In this document: one piece after another, positions 51,189 through 64,000 of the stretch
Layout of the letters: every line of letters begins with the position of its first letter
How positions within the stretch are numbered: the stretch's first letter is position 1
Source: Nemertoderma westbladi
Lineage: Eukaryota; Animalia; Xenacoelomorpha
DNA length: 64,000 bases
Reading direction: 5' to 3'
Assembly: GCA_032718475.1 (NCBI GenBank)
Contig: JAUCBJ010006272.1
Span: 1-64,000 of the forward strand
Notes under the pieces: model-generated
What the model was told of the DNA's origin: nothing
Database searches by the model: none
What the model saw: only the letters and a program-made list of their open reading frames with translations
Made by a program: the position numbers and the translations under genes

Positions 51189-51899
51189 TGTAGACCTACT
51201 GTATTATTCGATTGATCGTTAATATATAATCTCTGACAATATATTTACTTTCGGGGAAATATTAACAGTTCCTTTTTAGGACGTGGCGCTTTAAGTATAA
51301 AAACAGAGTTATGACTTATACTAATCACAACTAGATGGCCAAAGAGTTTCGTAAAAAGCGCATTCTTTAGGAGATACTTTATTAACCTTCACACTACTTC
51401 ACACGACTTCACACTACTTCGCACTGATCTGCCGACCGTCACTGAATTTGATCATATATAAGGAGGATCGCAACTGACACATGTAGAGATTATGAAATAG
51501 CATTTAATTCACACAAAAATCACTATAATTTAAGTCGCAGTTGCTACCGGTAAACCTGTTCCTCTCACCTTATTCAGTACATAATCATTAAGATTGGGGG
51601 TTTTATGATTATTCATCGGTATTCTCCAAATATATCAGCATTATACATCAATATAACACCAATTAATAACAGAAGCAAAATAATGCGGTGAACAGTCAGT
51701 ATGTGTTACTTATGCAGTGTTCCATGTGCAGTTATGTTCAATGTGAATTGCGTTAATAGTTTTACGTTCTTGTAATCAAAGCCATCAGATGTTTAGGCCA
51801 AAGTCTGAAACTTCCACAACAGAAGTACAGAAGATTTCCAAGCCGGTTCTTAGGCTCAGAAAGGTAAACAAAGACCGTAATGCATTGTGCGGTTTTCCA
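51189..51899 (-). repeat. Putative 3' LTR of the BEL element (distal boundary uncertain)
   Basis: Minus strand PPT-like AGGGGCCTA then TG at 51899; TATA-like (about 51455) and AATAAA (about 51380) on minus; 5' LTR not in window for comparison. Confidence 0.35.
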
Positions 51900-52205
51900 T
51901 AGGCCCCTGTTCAACATAAAGTGAAAATCGCTCTGATTGGCTGACTAGGCAGGACAAAGAAAAGTTCCACGTATACAGGAAATCAGCTGACAGATTTCGT
52001 CATCTGAGCTCCAGTCTTTTAGAGTATTATGCGCATTGCGGCAAAAATGACTTGTTATGTCCGCTAAAGCACCTACACTGTGCATTGCGGGGAAAAATGA
52101 CTTGTTATGTCCGCAAAAGCTTTTACACCGCTCCCAGAAAATGCGATTTAATTCTATAAAATATAAAAAATCACAGTTTCTAAAATATAAAAATACTCTA
52201 AACAA

Positions 52206-54409
52206 TTAGTCCTTCTTACGTGAATGGCGTTTACGAAGTTTTTTGAGGCTAGCAAGAGTCCTTTTCTCTTTGGGGCGAGCCACTTTACTAGGAGGGCTAT
52301 AACTCCTGGGTGAGGGGTGCAATACAATTGCATCGGAAGGTTTAGGGTTGCGGTCGGTGTATCCGCCGGTCGAGGTACCCGGTTGATCGATATCAACCTC
52401 AGTGGAACGAGGTCGAACAACCTTTAGAGCGCGTTTCAGGACAGCAGCTCTTACTGGTCCCTGACGGGTCATTTGTACGAGAGCGGTAGGTGGACCGTGA
52501 GTAGTGAGAAATTTCCTCGGTTTGATGGTTCTTTCTAACTCGCGGTCTCGGGCTCTATATTCATAGGGTAGTCTATGAACTTCTTGTAGTTCAAGTTGCG
52601 AGTTTATGAACAAGTCACCGCAGGATTTATCAATGGTAGAAACTTTAAACTGTATGTAGGATCTTCTGGTTTCACCATATAATATTGAGTTAAATTGACA
52701 TAATAGGGATGGTCTTTGATCCCATAAAATGAGTTTGGTAAAGGTCTAGCGCGTAGGTTGACCTCATGTACCATACGACGGACAATATCCGCTCGATTGT
52801 CCGGAGGTTCAACGAGTATACCATCGACACGAGCGGCCTCGATTGGCGGACGTTGTAACATAGGAGCGTCAGCAATAAGATCTCTAGATCTTAGGTTGAT
52901 ATCAACCGGTTGGGGTTGTACCGTGGTGAAGAGTTTGTCTCCGAAATGGGGGACCATCGAGGGATGAATGATGGTTTTGGAATAGAGATCAGTCATAAGG
53001 ATTTGAGCTTCTGGTTGGGCTAAAGCTGCTTCCTCTCTTTCGTCCATTTCGATGTGCTTCTCCTCGAGCTGATTTTCCTCCGCTTGTCGTTGGAAGCGTT
53101 TATCCAAAAACTCTTGTAGAGAGTAAGTTCGTCCAAGTTCAATGTCCTCCTCGAGATTCTGGATTTCTCGATCGAACTGAGGTAAAGCTAATTCCTTTAC
53201 TGCTTGGACTTGCTGCTGCAATTTATATTTATCTAAACAATCGTAAGTTCCTTTTCCGATCTTTTGCCGAATAGCGTCTAACGCGTTTCGTACAACGCTC
53301 CCCTCCACCTCGGTGACGGGTTGTATCGGGGTTAAACCGGGACGATTATACGGGTTAAACGGCGATATTAAATGTCCGCATCCTAATCCGGCTAGGTAGG
53401 ATGGGCGAATATCTAGAGAGCCCACTACCAGAGTGCCACCGATTAATTGTTCGGGTAACACTAGATCTTTGAACAGCGAGTACAGTTCGGGAGGATCCGT
53501 GATACTATTAGGATCAAGAGTCTGAGGTCTCACTAGGGAATGAGGAGGTCTGACCGAGTATTCTGGAACTCTGATCATTGGTTTATTTAGGGATCGTTTG
53601 AGTCGAGTGAGCGTAGGTGATACATCGAACAAATTTCGCTCAAAACTCCCGTAAGTATAGCGAGTAAAACTGTGTTTAGCACAATGTCTCCGCGGATGTT
53701 TATATCTTTCCGTTTGTTGGTTGGGTCTAGGGCATTCATCGCAATAATACCAAAGACGCACGTCTTGTAGGGGAAACGCAGGTGATCTTTCTCCAGTTTT
53801 ACAAGATTCCTCCATCTGTTCGAAGCTATCTGGTACAACAGGTAGAGGTCGATCGGCGGTAAGATACATCATAGTGAAATAGAGTCGTTTGAGTTCTATC
53901 ATAGGGTCAGGATGTATACCTTGAGGATATCGAGTTTCTAGGTTTTGTTGACTGGTTACATTGAGATATGTTTCTCTCAAGAATTCCAAATAGTCGTTGA
54001 AGTCACTACGTTTATCCGGTTCTTCAACGTCTTCTCTTTCGAGTTGGTTTCGAATAGAATTTTCGTGTTTGATTCTCAGTTTATCGTTCCGACTCCGCTG
54101 GGTATGATATTTAAATAGGATCATTTCCCTTTCGGTGTCTACATCGTCCGTATCGTGTAAATTGATAGGATGACCAGTAGTTAAGAAGTCGATATACTTA
54201 CCATTACGATGCGTATAGCGAGCGGTGAATTTTCTATAGTCCAATTCATGCGTGAGTTGTTCCTTTGACATTGGCGGTTCGATATAACAGCCATCGTCCT
54301 CCGTAGTGGGTTGACTAGCGTTGCCGCTTATTAAACTATCAACAAACGCTTGCAAGGGTAGGGTATATCGCTCCCTGATACCAAGATCATCCTCTATCAA
54401 CTCAGTCAT
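52206..54409 (-). CDS. Accessory ORF of the BEL element, unknown function (601 aa + 135 aa, probably one frameshifted gene)
   Basis: Two long ORFs overlapping at 52604-52613, same strand as pol; CxxC..HxxxHC motif; basic C-terminus; no signal peptide or TM segment seen. Confidence 0.65.
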
Positions 54410-56124
54410 AGCTGCTATATGAGTTTATCGATATTATAATTAATCATAATTTAGGCTAGCGGTCGTCGCTGCCTCCCCCTCAATGCCCCCGGACAGCGCA
54501 AGCTCCTCAGCGCTAATGTAGTGTCGCCGCTGTGTCTCTCGCCAACATAGTAGCTACACAACGACAACAATAACCAGCGCGAGTCACTCCACTGTCCGTC
54601 CCAAGGGCTCAGAATTACTTCAGGTTCTTGCTACAGAGGCAGGGTAACTTTCACAACTGCGACTCGCTACTGTAAACACACTTTAGTAGTAACATTCACC
54701 TATAAATACACAAATCTCCAAACACTTGTCACAAATTGTACACATTCGGGCCATTTGTCCGTTAGTCAAGTGCCTTCCAGAATGCCACGTTATTATTATG
54801 TATCCTTGGATACTAGCAGTATGCTATTTATTCCGTATGCTATTCAATGGGGCAAGCTTTCTATTGTTCTTTTAACTCGCTTCTAATTCCAGCGTGGTTG
54901 TTGCTATGGTGACATTATGGAAAGCTAGCAGTAGAATTAGGGTAATTCTCATGCATACAGATCTGGGATGCTATTTAATTAATTGTCAATATTCCCCTTT
55001 ATACATGATTTTATGAATTTTATCGGCTATTGACTATACATTGGAGATTCTCGCACACTAATATACTTAATAGGGTGAATCTCCGCTCCCATGATCTATT
55101 AATTAATGGAATTTTGGGAATGTTATAAAATGTATAAAATGACAATTTATCAAATTCATGAGAGGATATGAATTTAAAATTTATTCCCGTAAATTTTATT
55201 ATTTAATATTAAAATAGACACAATTTTATTCCAGAACATGTCTGGGGACTAGGATCCTTAATTCTAGGAAATTTGTCCTTTTAAGAGTATCGGTAAGTGC
55301 TACGATATCTTAATCGACTAGAATTTTAAAGGATCTGAATTTTAACAGATTTTTGATTTATAGATTTTCTTGGTTTACAAACTCCTTAGAGTTTATTTGT
55401 CGGCATTTACTCTATTATAATATTTGTTTTAATAGATTTTATAAATATTTATTAAATATTAAATATTTAAGATGGGCACCGATTTATTCCAGAACATGTC
55501 TGGGGACGTTAACCACTGATTCTAGAATTTTGTCTTTCAAATATATCGGTGGGTGCCGCGATATCTTAATCGACTAGAATTGCAGATGGTCAAAGGGTTT
55601 AACAGATTTATTCTGCGTTTTAGGCTACTGTTAAATGGACATCATTCTACTATATGTATTATTTAATATACGGTATGAGAGCAATATTGCAAGAAGCAAT
55701 GTCAGTGAGAAGAGGCAAGTTGTTTCCAAGGCATACCCAGAGCTTGGTTTAGCCGAGACACGAGGATCTGAACTTTGCATTCCTAATACTCTACTTACCA
55801 ATAATACTTGAGTATAGTAGGAGCTTTATTGTACTTTAATAAGTACGGACATTTCATCTTACTGTAGTCACGTATTTATAATTATGATACGGACAGTAAG
55901 GAAAGAGAAAAAGAATTATTTTTCGCCGTTGCACTAAATATGTAATTAAGTAATAAACACGAATATATATTGCACTAATCTACTGAATAATTGCTAAAAT
56001 AATATTCTACTAAATAAAATTAAAGAAAACGATTATAATAAAATTACATAATAATACATACATAAATATAAAAATAATAAAACAGATATAAAATAATGTA
56101 GTCACACACCCGCTCCATACGCTG

Positions 56125-59100
56125 TTACGCTGGGGAGTCCCTAGATGTTTGTTGGATTAGGGAAGTGGTCGTAGGAAGAGTATCTTGCCTTCCATAATTT
56201 CCGGATAGCTCTCTGTCTCTTTCCAGTAAACATAAACGACCAATTGGGCAATTGAGTTGTTGTGTTTCGAATACAATTCCAGGTTTCTTAAAGTTACGTC
56301 GCATGACGACGAGTTCTACCGATCGCACTAAACTATCATCGGATATATGAGTCTCGATGATACGACCTGTCTGCCACCGCTTACATGGAAGATCTGATTC
56401 CACAATAAGGACCATGTCTCCGGCGCTGACGTTTTCTTGCTGCGCAAACCACTTGGTTTGAAGTTGTAGCGTAGGCAAATTAATGTTTTTCGAAATGGTC
56501 AGCGAAACGACGGGATAATAACTGCATGAGTTGCCAAGTTTGTCGGCAGTATTCGTCTCCGTCCGTGATTTCCGATTGTGGGAGCATGGCTACAGGTTTC
56601 TTCAGTAGGAAATGCGCGGGTGTTAGTTCTTCTAGGGTGTCGGGACTCGATGAGACTGGCATAAGCGGTCTCTCGTTAAGATAGGCGGCGATTTCTTCCA
56701 TTAACGTCCACAAAAGTTCATCGGTGAGATACGCGCGGCAAGGCACTATAAAGTGGAATGCAGTCTTCACGCTCCTTATTAATCTCTCCCAACTTCCTCC
56801 CCACCAAGGGGCGTCGGTGGCGTTGAAGGTCCAGCTAGATGCTGTTACCCTTAGCTGATCGTCCACCTGTCTTTGGTTCCAATCTTTAACGTAATCTTTG
56901 ATCTCATTATTGGCGCCAATGAAGTTCGTTCCCTTATCAGATCTCATCATGTTGCTAGTTCCAAAGCGAGCGATCTGTCGGCGTAAGCTCAGTATGAAAC
57001 TGTTGGTAGATAGATCGTTCACCATATCTAGATGGATCGCTCTACAAGTCATACAGACAAAGATGACACACCATCGCTTGACTATAGTCCTAGCACGATA
57101 TACTTCAATAGGGCCAAATAAATCCACACCGGTATTAGTAAAGGGTGGTTCATAGAAGCTTACTCGTTCCCTAGGTAATTCTGCCTCTCGCTGTGTTAAA
57201 GGCCTACTGAATGCTTTCCTACAGGGTATACAGTTCCTAAGAACTTGGTTCAGACCTCTACGGGGTTTATGGAAATAATAGCGAGTTCGAATTTCGCTAA
57301 GAACTCGTTCTCTACCAGCATGGTAAAGCCTACTGTGAACATCTACAATCATCTTGATTTGTATTTCAAGATTTCTAATGAGTATGGGAAACTTAGTGTC
57401 AAAGGATAATGGAGCATTAGTTAGTCTCCCTCCAACACGTATTAACCCATCTATCATTGTGCTAGAGAAACGATCCCTTAAGCACATCTGTGGATTTCTC
57501 AACAACAGGAAATACTTATCGGAATCTTCATAGCATTGCAGGAGTCTCAGTATCTGCTTATTGGTTGCTTCATGCTCTTGGTAACTGATCTTCTCCGTTT
57601 AGAAACCTATCCGACACTTTGTATGTGGGAAGATCTTTAATAGCATGGACCTGCTCGGATGTCGGTGGAGCGGTATCCTAGCGATCTTCGTCCTGGAGTA
57701 GTGATGATGGAAGCATTGCTTCAAATACACGACGGCCTTACAAAGCCGATTCCAGGAGCTATAGTGATTTATTGCTCTCTGCAGGAGAGGTGAGAGTCCT
57801 TGCGAGACGTCTGGTGTTCCAGATTTCCAGTCTCTTTCTCTGATGTCTATAACAGATCTGTTCGCGGTGGGGGAGTTTAGATCCACAGCGTTGTCCCTGG
57901 AGATGTGTAGTACAGACAGATCTATCACGGGTTTAAATAACTTTGATTTACTCATCCGGGTTTTAGGTTTGACTTTCTCCGCTCCCTTGGCTTGTCTAAT
58001 CTCAGCCGTGGTAAGATGAGGAGGCCATTCATCCTCTTCTTTACTTAGGAAGTCGGGTCCACCTAACCAGTCTGGAGTATCTATCAGTTCTTGAGGAGTT
58101 GCTCCTCTGGAGGCGATGTCGGCTGGATTAATCGTCCCAGGGCAATGTCTCCATTGATCTACATTAGAGCGACTAAGTGTGATGGCTACTCTGTTGGTAA
58201 CGAAGACGCTGAACTGACAGACTTCATTGGTTATATACATAATAGTTATAAACGAGTAAAGCATCAGTCCAATAGACAGTTTTCTCCAGTGGATAGTCGA
58301 TCTGTTCTGTTACATTCCGGCCGATGGCTGTAGCGTATAGAACCGCCTTTAACTCCGCTCGAGGAACTCGTAGTTTGTTGTTTATCAAGGCCTTAGAGGT
58401 GACCAAGGCAACTTTGATTCCATCCGTAGTTTCAACCCTCAGGTAGGCTACTATACCTATTCCCATATCGCTGGCGTCTCCAAACACATGGAGTTGATAA
58501 GAATACGTGGGGAGAACATGACCAAAATATGAACGGGAAATCGTAAAGTTCTCGATGGATGGTAGAGAATCTTCCCATTTCATCCACTTCTTTAGTAGTT
58601 CTCCCTTAAGTGGATCATCCCATGAGTGGTTTTAAAGCCACATTTGTTGCACTAAGCTCCGAGCAACCAATATAACTGGACTAACAAATCCCAATGGATC
58701 GAAATAAGTGCTCAGGATACTTAGACAAATCCGTTTAGTTCTAACTGGATTATCTCGCTGTTTTAACTGGAAAAACAAGATATCTCTCTCCGTGTCCCAT
58801 TTCAAACCAAGCGTCTTGGTTTCCGGAAGATCGTCCTTAATGAGGTCCAGATCTTTAACACCTCGGTCTTCTACTGGGATCGATTCGAGAAACTCACGGG
58901 AGTTACTAGTGAATTTGGTTAGTCGAAATCCACCGCGTTTCAAGCACTCTACTGTTCCCTTGGCAACATCAATGGCTTCTTCCACCGATGGGAGGGACTT
59001 TAAATTGTCGTCCATGTATATATCCCGTTTGATGTTGTCGGTAACCGCTTTAGAGAAGGCGTCTCGGTTGTCATCAGCAGTGGTACGCACTACTGAACAA

Positions 59101-61078
59101 GCGTTCGAGAGGCTCGAGATGATCCTGAAAGCCTGGATGGTCATCCAGTACTCCACCGGTTTTAGGTTGAGATCTCCTTCAGGCCACCACAGAAATCATA
59201 GGCTGTCTCGATCCCTATCCAGCGCCTTGACTTGTAAGAACATGCCTTCTATAACCGAAGCGAAAGCGATAGAATATTGCCGTAATCTTAATAGTATTCC
59301 CAACAAGGATTGAAGTAAGTTGGGTCCCGGCAATAATTCCGAGTTCAGGGATTGACCCATGTAAAGGGCGGAGCCGTCGAACACTACCCGGACTTCGTTG
59401 GGTTTACCGGGTTTGGGAACGTAATGATGTGTTAGATAATACGTTATCTCTGTGATGGGTGTTTCTTCCAGTACTCGCTCCACGTATCCCTTATCGATAA
59501 ATTTCTTCAGCTGGGTCTTATACATTTCCCTGGCTGAGACATTGGCCGTAAGACGCCGATGTAGTTGCGCGATTCTCTTTTCCGCTAAGGGTCGGTTATT
59601 TATAAAGTTGGGTTCTCGCCGTCGGAACGGAAGACCAATCTCATAGCGATCTTCATCTTTAAGAAAACGGGTAGTCGTTTCCTGAATCTGTTTGGCTCTC
59701 TCTTCCTCGACGGACAAGGCCTTGTCGTAGGAATTAGGCTCTACGGCTTCTTGAGTAAAGAATCGTACGGTGTGTTCATTGCGAATCTTGTTATTGTATC
59801 GATCTATCGCTTCATTTAATTCGTCGTTGTAGGTGAATTGTCCGCCATGATTGATGAGATGGCATAGGTTTACTTGGTTTAACCAAGCGTCATTTTCGGT
59901 GAGGAGGTCGATTGTATTTTCCTCGTCATATAATTGGTTAATATCGTCATTATCTGAGGAGTATGGTGTTCCCTCAGTTGTGGTTTCTCCCTCACTGATT
60001 TCTTCTTCCCATTCACTCACCTGATGTATCCTTTCTTGAGGGAGTCTTTCCATCAGTGTTCTATGGGAAGGTCCAGTGAAGTACCAACCTACTCTCGTTC
60101 TTCCCGCGTATGTTTGTAATGGTAGCGGTCGAGCAGGCCGTTTTTCTAATGTCTCAAGCGCCTCATGCGCATTTTGGCCGATTAATATCTGCACCCCTGG
60201 GTAGTCGGTGTTGAATCTAGGGATATCATGCTGCTGGGTAAAATGGTCTTCATCCCAGTTGTAAGGTTCCACTTGGCTGGTAGCAAAGTTCTTTATCGCC
60301 ACCATTTTTACTGACCTTATGCTATGTTCTCCTAGTTCATCCTGGGGAGTGGACAACGCACCCACATAGTAATCTGTAGCTACTGTGGATTTCCAAACCT
60401 GCATAATTCCTGAAAGGTTCAAGTTAGTTCGGAACTTGGGTTGTCCAGCAAAGATGTCTTCAGCTAGTTCTTTTCGATGAATGTACCTGTGCTGCCGGAG
60501 TCAAGGAGGGCGTTTACTATCAGACTCTTCCCTAGCCCGTGGACTCTCAGCTGCACCACGGGGAATTCCCGGATTCCAACGTTGGAAGTTGGCGCTTTCC
60601 AACATGGTTGTCGGTCCGGAATAGTCAGTTGAGGCTCTTCATTATCAGTTTCAGTCTCATACGTAAGTGCTCGATACACTGCGGTGTTTATCATATAACA
60701 GGATTCCTTTTCGTCGGGGAATTCGTCCATGTAGAATCCTTCCATCTCAGAGCTGTGGTCAGTGTCGTTCACATCACTGAATTGAACATGTAGTTTGGGC
60801 TCACTTACCTGACTCGTGCGGGTTCTGTCAAATTCTGTGTGCAGCAAGATATGATGTTTCGCGCCGCACTTAGCACACCTCGCGTCTGAGTAACAGGTCC
60901 GCCGTTGGTGTCCTTGTCTGAGACAATTATAACACAACCGCTTATCCCACATGACATCACGTCTATCCTTTAGGGATTTCTTCAAGAATTCATCACATCC
61001 ACTCAAGCGATGGGGCCCGTCGCACAATGCACATTTGGGTTTGATATTACTTACTTTAACCTGTGTGGTGTTGTGCAC
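56125..61078 (-). pseudogene. BEL gag-knuckle/pol region (PR-RT-RH-INT) in seven ORF fragments
   Basis: ORF track 60464-61078, 59196-60422, 58632-59156, 58224-58583, 57599-58264, 56480-57505, 56125-56478. Confidence 0.9.
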
Positions 61079-61172
61079 ACTTGTTCTTTCCTCGGGCTTT
61101 CTTCCATGAATTCTCTTAGGAGACGTAGGAGGAGTTGTTGTTACCTGTTCTCTCCTGTCACTGGTTCGAGAC

Positions 61173-63915
61173 TTAAGATTTACTTACGTCTTTCCATGTT
61201 TTGTTGACATAATAAGATGTTTCGGTGTCTTTCCCGCTGTTCTCCTCGTGGGAGGTCTGGCTTTCGCCGTCGTCTGTATAACATACTGGTGTTACCTTTC
61301 TCCTAGAAACGGGTTTTTCACTCACCTTATTTTCCGGTGTCTTCTCTTGGGACTGCTTTAGGAGCTGTAATTTTACTTCTCCATTTAAGAATGCCATGAG
61401 ATCAGCCATGGTAGGGTCTCTTTGTTGCTGGTCCATCATATAGAGAACTCTTTTGTCCCAACGAGTACCTACTCCACCCTTTGGCAAAGTAGATGCTACA
61501 GCTCCAACAACCATGGAACTCTGATATTCCTGAGACTTACCTAACCAATCTAGTTGTCTACAGATCTCCTGAATCTCATCGGAAAACTCTATAATCCCGC
61601 TGTTAAGAAACTTTCGGGGCGCTACTAATTTCGCATACAAATACCTAGCTATGTTAGTCCTATTACCATACCTGATGTTGAGTGTATCCCAAACTTGTCT
61701 TAATCCATCTGGATGTCCAATAAACTTTAACGCCATTAACTTGGGAGGTCCTTCCAAGCACTCGATGAGGAATCTAAGTTTCTCTCCATTAGATAGTACA
61801 GAGTTCTGTATGTTATCTTTATAATATTCATTAAAAGGTAACCATTTCATCTCATCTCCATTGAACTCGACGACCTCTCCCACCTTTACCGCTTGACGGG
61901 CTTCGGTTCTAGCCATTTGACGCGTAAAACTTTCTTGGGCCATCGTATTATTTAATATCGATTTATTGGTATATAAATTTCTCGGATTATGATCAGGTCT
62001 ATATGGAATATCATTATCAACAAGTTTATAATTACCCTTAATAGGGTTTACTATAGGAGTTCCTACTTCACTAGCAGTATAGATGCGTGTAGGCTCAGCA
62101 CCTTGCGCATGAAATACTTCAGACCTAACAGGTTGACACATTGTTACAGGGGGTGGTGGTATACCCCTTTGTATATTTACTAATTTATCACGTTCCAAAG
62201 CAATACTCTGCTGCACTTCTTGCAACTCTAACTTACTCTCTCTTACTGTTCCCTTTAACTGCTGAACTGCCAACTCTCGGACCTGCTGGGAAGAACGTTT
62301 TTGTTGTTCTTCTAGCTGCCCGAGCAGGCGGTCCATCCCCCACCATCCCTCGTCTACCCACTCAACCACTGAAGCGGGAGCCGCCAACATAGTAGCGGGT
62401 TGACGCGTAGGGCCGACGGGCGACAAATCATTTATGTCTTGCTCGGCGTCCAGGGCCGGGAGTAATTCAGGGGCTAGTCTACTGGGCACAGGTAGTTTAG
62501 TACTGTGCAAAAGTACTGTGTATCACCCTCATCGGAGGAGGTAAATCCCTGTCTTCTGGGAGTAGATCAACTCAGTAATTGCATCTGAGTAGCTGTCCTT
62601 TGTTTCTTCAAGTAATCTTGTTTTGCCTGAAGGTTCTCCAGCTCTAGTTGGGTAGTCGCTTCAGACGCTTTCAGTTCTGCTTCTGCCACTGTCGCCTTTC
62701 TTTCAGCCTCTACAGCTGACGCCTTCCTCTCAGATTCTGCCGCTGCCGCTGCCGCTGCCGCTGCCGCTGCCGCTGCCGCTGCCGCTGCCGCTGCCGCTGC
62801 CGCTGCCGCTGCCGCTGCCGCTGCCACTGCCGCTGCCGCTGCCGCTGCCGCTGCCGCTGCCGCTGCCGCTGCCACTGCCGCTGCCGCTGCCGCTGCCGCT
62901 GCCGCTGCCGCTGCCGCTGCCGCTGCCGCTGCCGCTGCCGCTGCCGCTGCCGCTGCCGCTGCCACTGCCGCTGCCGCTTTTCTTTCAGATTCCGCAGCTG
63001 CTGCCTTTCTTTCAGACTCTGCCTCTGCTGCTGACCTTCGGTCTTCTATTTGCCTTTTCTTTATCTGCTTTTCTTGGTCCATCGCTATAAGGATGCTTTC
63101 ATCAAATTTAGCCTGTTCCACAGCTAATATTTCCGCATCTAACGAGTCCAACACAAATTTGGCTCCCTCACTATTAGGGTGAAGTCCAGCTAGCCGTCTC
63201 CTTAGCTCTTTGTCTCCTATAAATCGTTGATAGTCCGACAGATAGATGTCAATAGCATCCTTCTTCTGAGGTTTCTCGGATATAACTTCGCTTTCCACCT
63301 GAGAAAAGGTAGTGTCTGTTGATTCTCCGTGGGTCATGCGCTCAGTTAGCTGAGCTTTCCATTGTGTCGTTCCTTGGACTTTATGACTCACCCGTTGGAA
63401 CCAAGTTTTTACGGCCACTTGCAACGACGTGTCTTGGCTTCTCTTCGAAGCTTCCTCAAAGGCTGAAAGAATCTGATCCGTAAAATTCGTTCATGCACTT
63501 GATAAAGCAGCTCTCCCTGCTCTTGAGGTCCTTGGCGCTGTTGAAATAGGTGTTCCTCTAATCGCTCCAAAGAGCTGAAGAATCCCTGGACATATCCTAC
63601 TGCCAACCTCTTCCACACAGCTGGATCTCGAGTGTCCCTTACTACTCCTATCCTGTATAAGTCCTCCCAGGCAGCTTCCGATAAGTTAAACAGGAGTCCG
63701 GGTCCGGGGAAGTTCCATTGCGTCTCAACAATAGACATCAGTTCCTCCATCGTGTATCCCGCATAGCTGTCCCTAGTCGATCGCTTACTTCTCGCCCAAT
63801 CAATTTGATGTTCCTCCACCGCGATCAATACTCTAGTGAGTACTGCTCCAGGAAGAATTAGAAGTGGATCTGAATAAACCTCTTCTGCCATCCTTGCTCC
63901 GATCTCGGGTGTCAA
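61173..63915 (-). pseudogene. BEL gag and long N-terminal coiled-coil extension, in three fragments
   Basis: FNGDEMKWLPF..Y..EKLRFL..L.G.P..L..RYG capsid-like motif in 61173-62510; upstream ORFs 62567-63424 and 63409-63915 on the same strand. Confidence 0.75.
62738..62977. repeat. (GCTGCC)n hexanucleotide microsatellite, encoding about 80 Ala in gag
   Basis: About 40 units, three with a single substitution (Val). Confidence 0.95.
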
Positions 63916-64000
63916 CTCTACAGTGTCTGAACTACTGGAGTTATCAGGCTGTTGAGAAATAAGTTCTCGGGTCGGGTGCTGCTGCTGTTTAACAGCTGCC

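Larger units (their letters stand above)
51189..64000 (-). mobile_element. BEL/Pao LTR retrotransposon, decayed, extends beyond the window; in the putative first intron of KCNH
   Basis: Order gag (DUF1759-like, three Cys/His knuckles) - protease (LLDSGS) - RT (VRVVFDGS, YMDD) - Pao RNase H (LHVFGDAS, PRAEL, WTDA) - integrase (GVDLFGP, SDKGTNF, WGGSWER) - DUF5641-like; many stops/frameshifts. Confidence 0.9.

Overview
AT-rich, intron-containing animal (probably invertebrate) genomic DNA, heavily loaded with transposons. Host genes reconstructed by hand from GT/AG junctions and reading frame: (1) three minus-strand exons of a trypsin-family serine protease (the Asp/Ser exons were not found and probably lie left of the window); (2) two complete paralogous six-coding-exon synaptotagmin-like genes (TM + C2A + C2B) arranged head-to-head, starts 963 bp apart (A: 31746->17369 minus; B: 32710->38656 plus); (3) the first coding exon of an erg-type KCNH potassium channel (49398-49608). 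Mobile elements: a complete-ended IS3EU-type DNA transposon (22744-26541; TAC..GTA ends, 6-bp TSD, long repeat-filled TIRs) with a DDE transposase convergent on a zinc-ribbon/HECT-E3-ligase-like cargo gene; a decayed BEL/Pao LTR retrotransposon (about 51.2-64 kb, minus) with a large non-env accessory ORF after the integrase; two related solo LTRs; two related LINEs sharing a 3' stem-loop; an RTE LINE; two TTAA Kolobok-like MITEs; a nested TIR element with a zinc-finger/acidic ORF; a Penelope-like foldback insertion; and several minisatellites, one of which amplifies the exon-1 splice donor of synaptotagmin B about 100-fold. All family assignments come from motif recognition; no database search was run.
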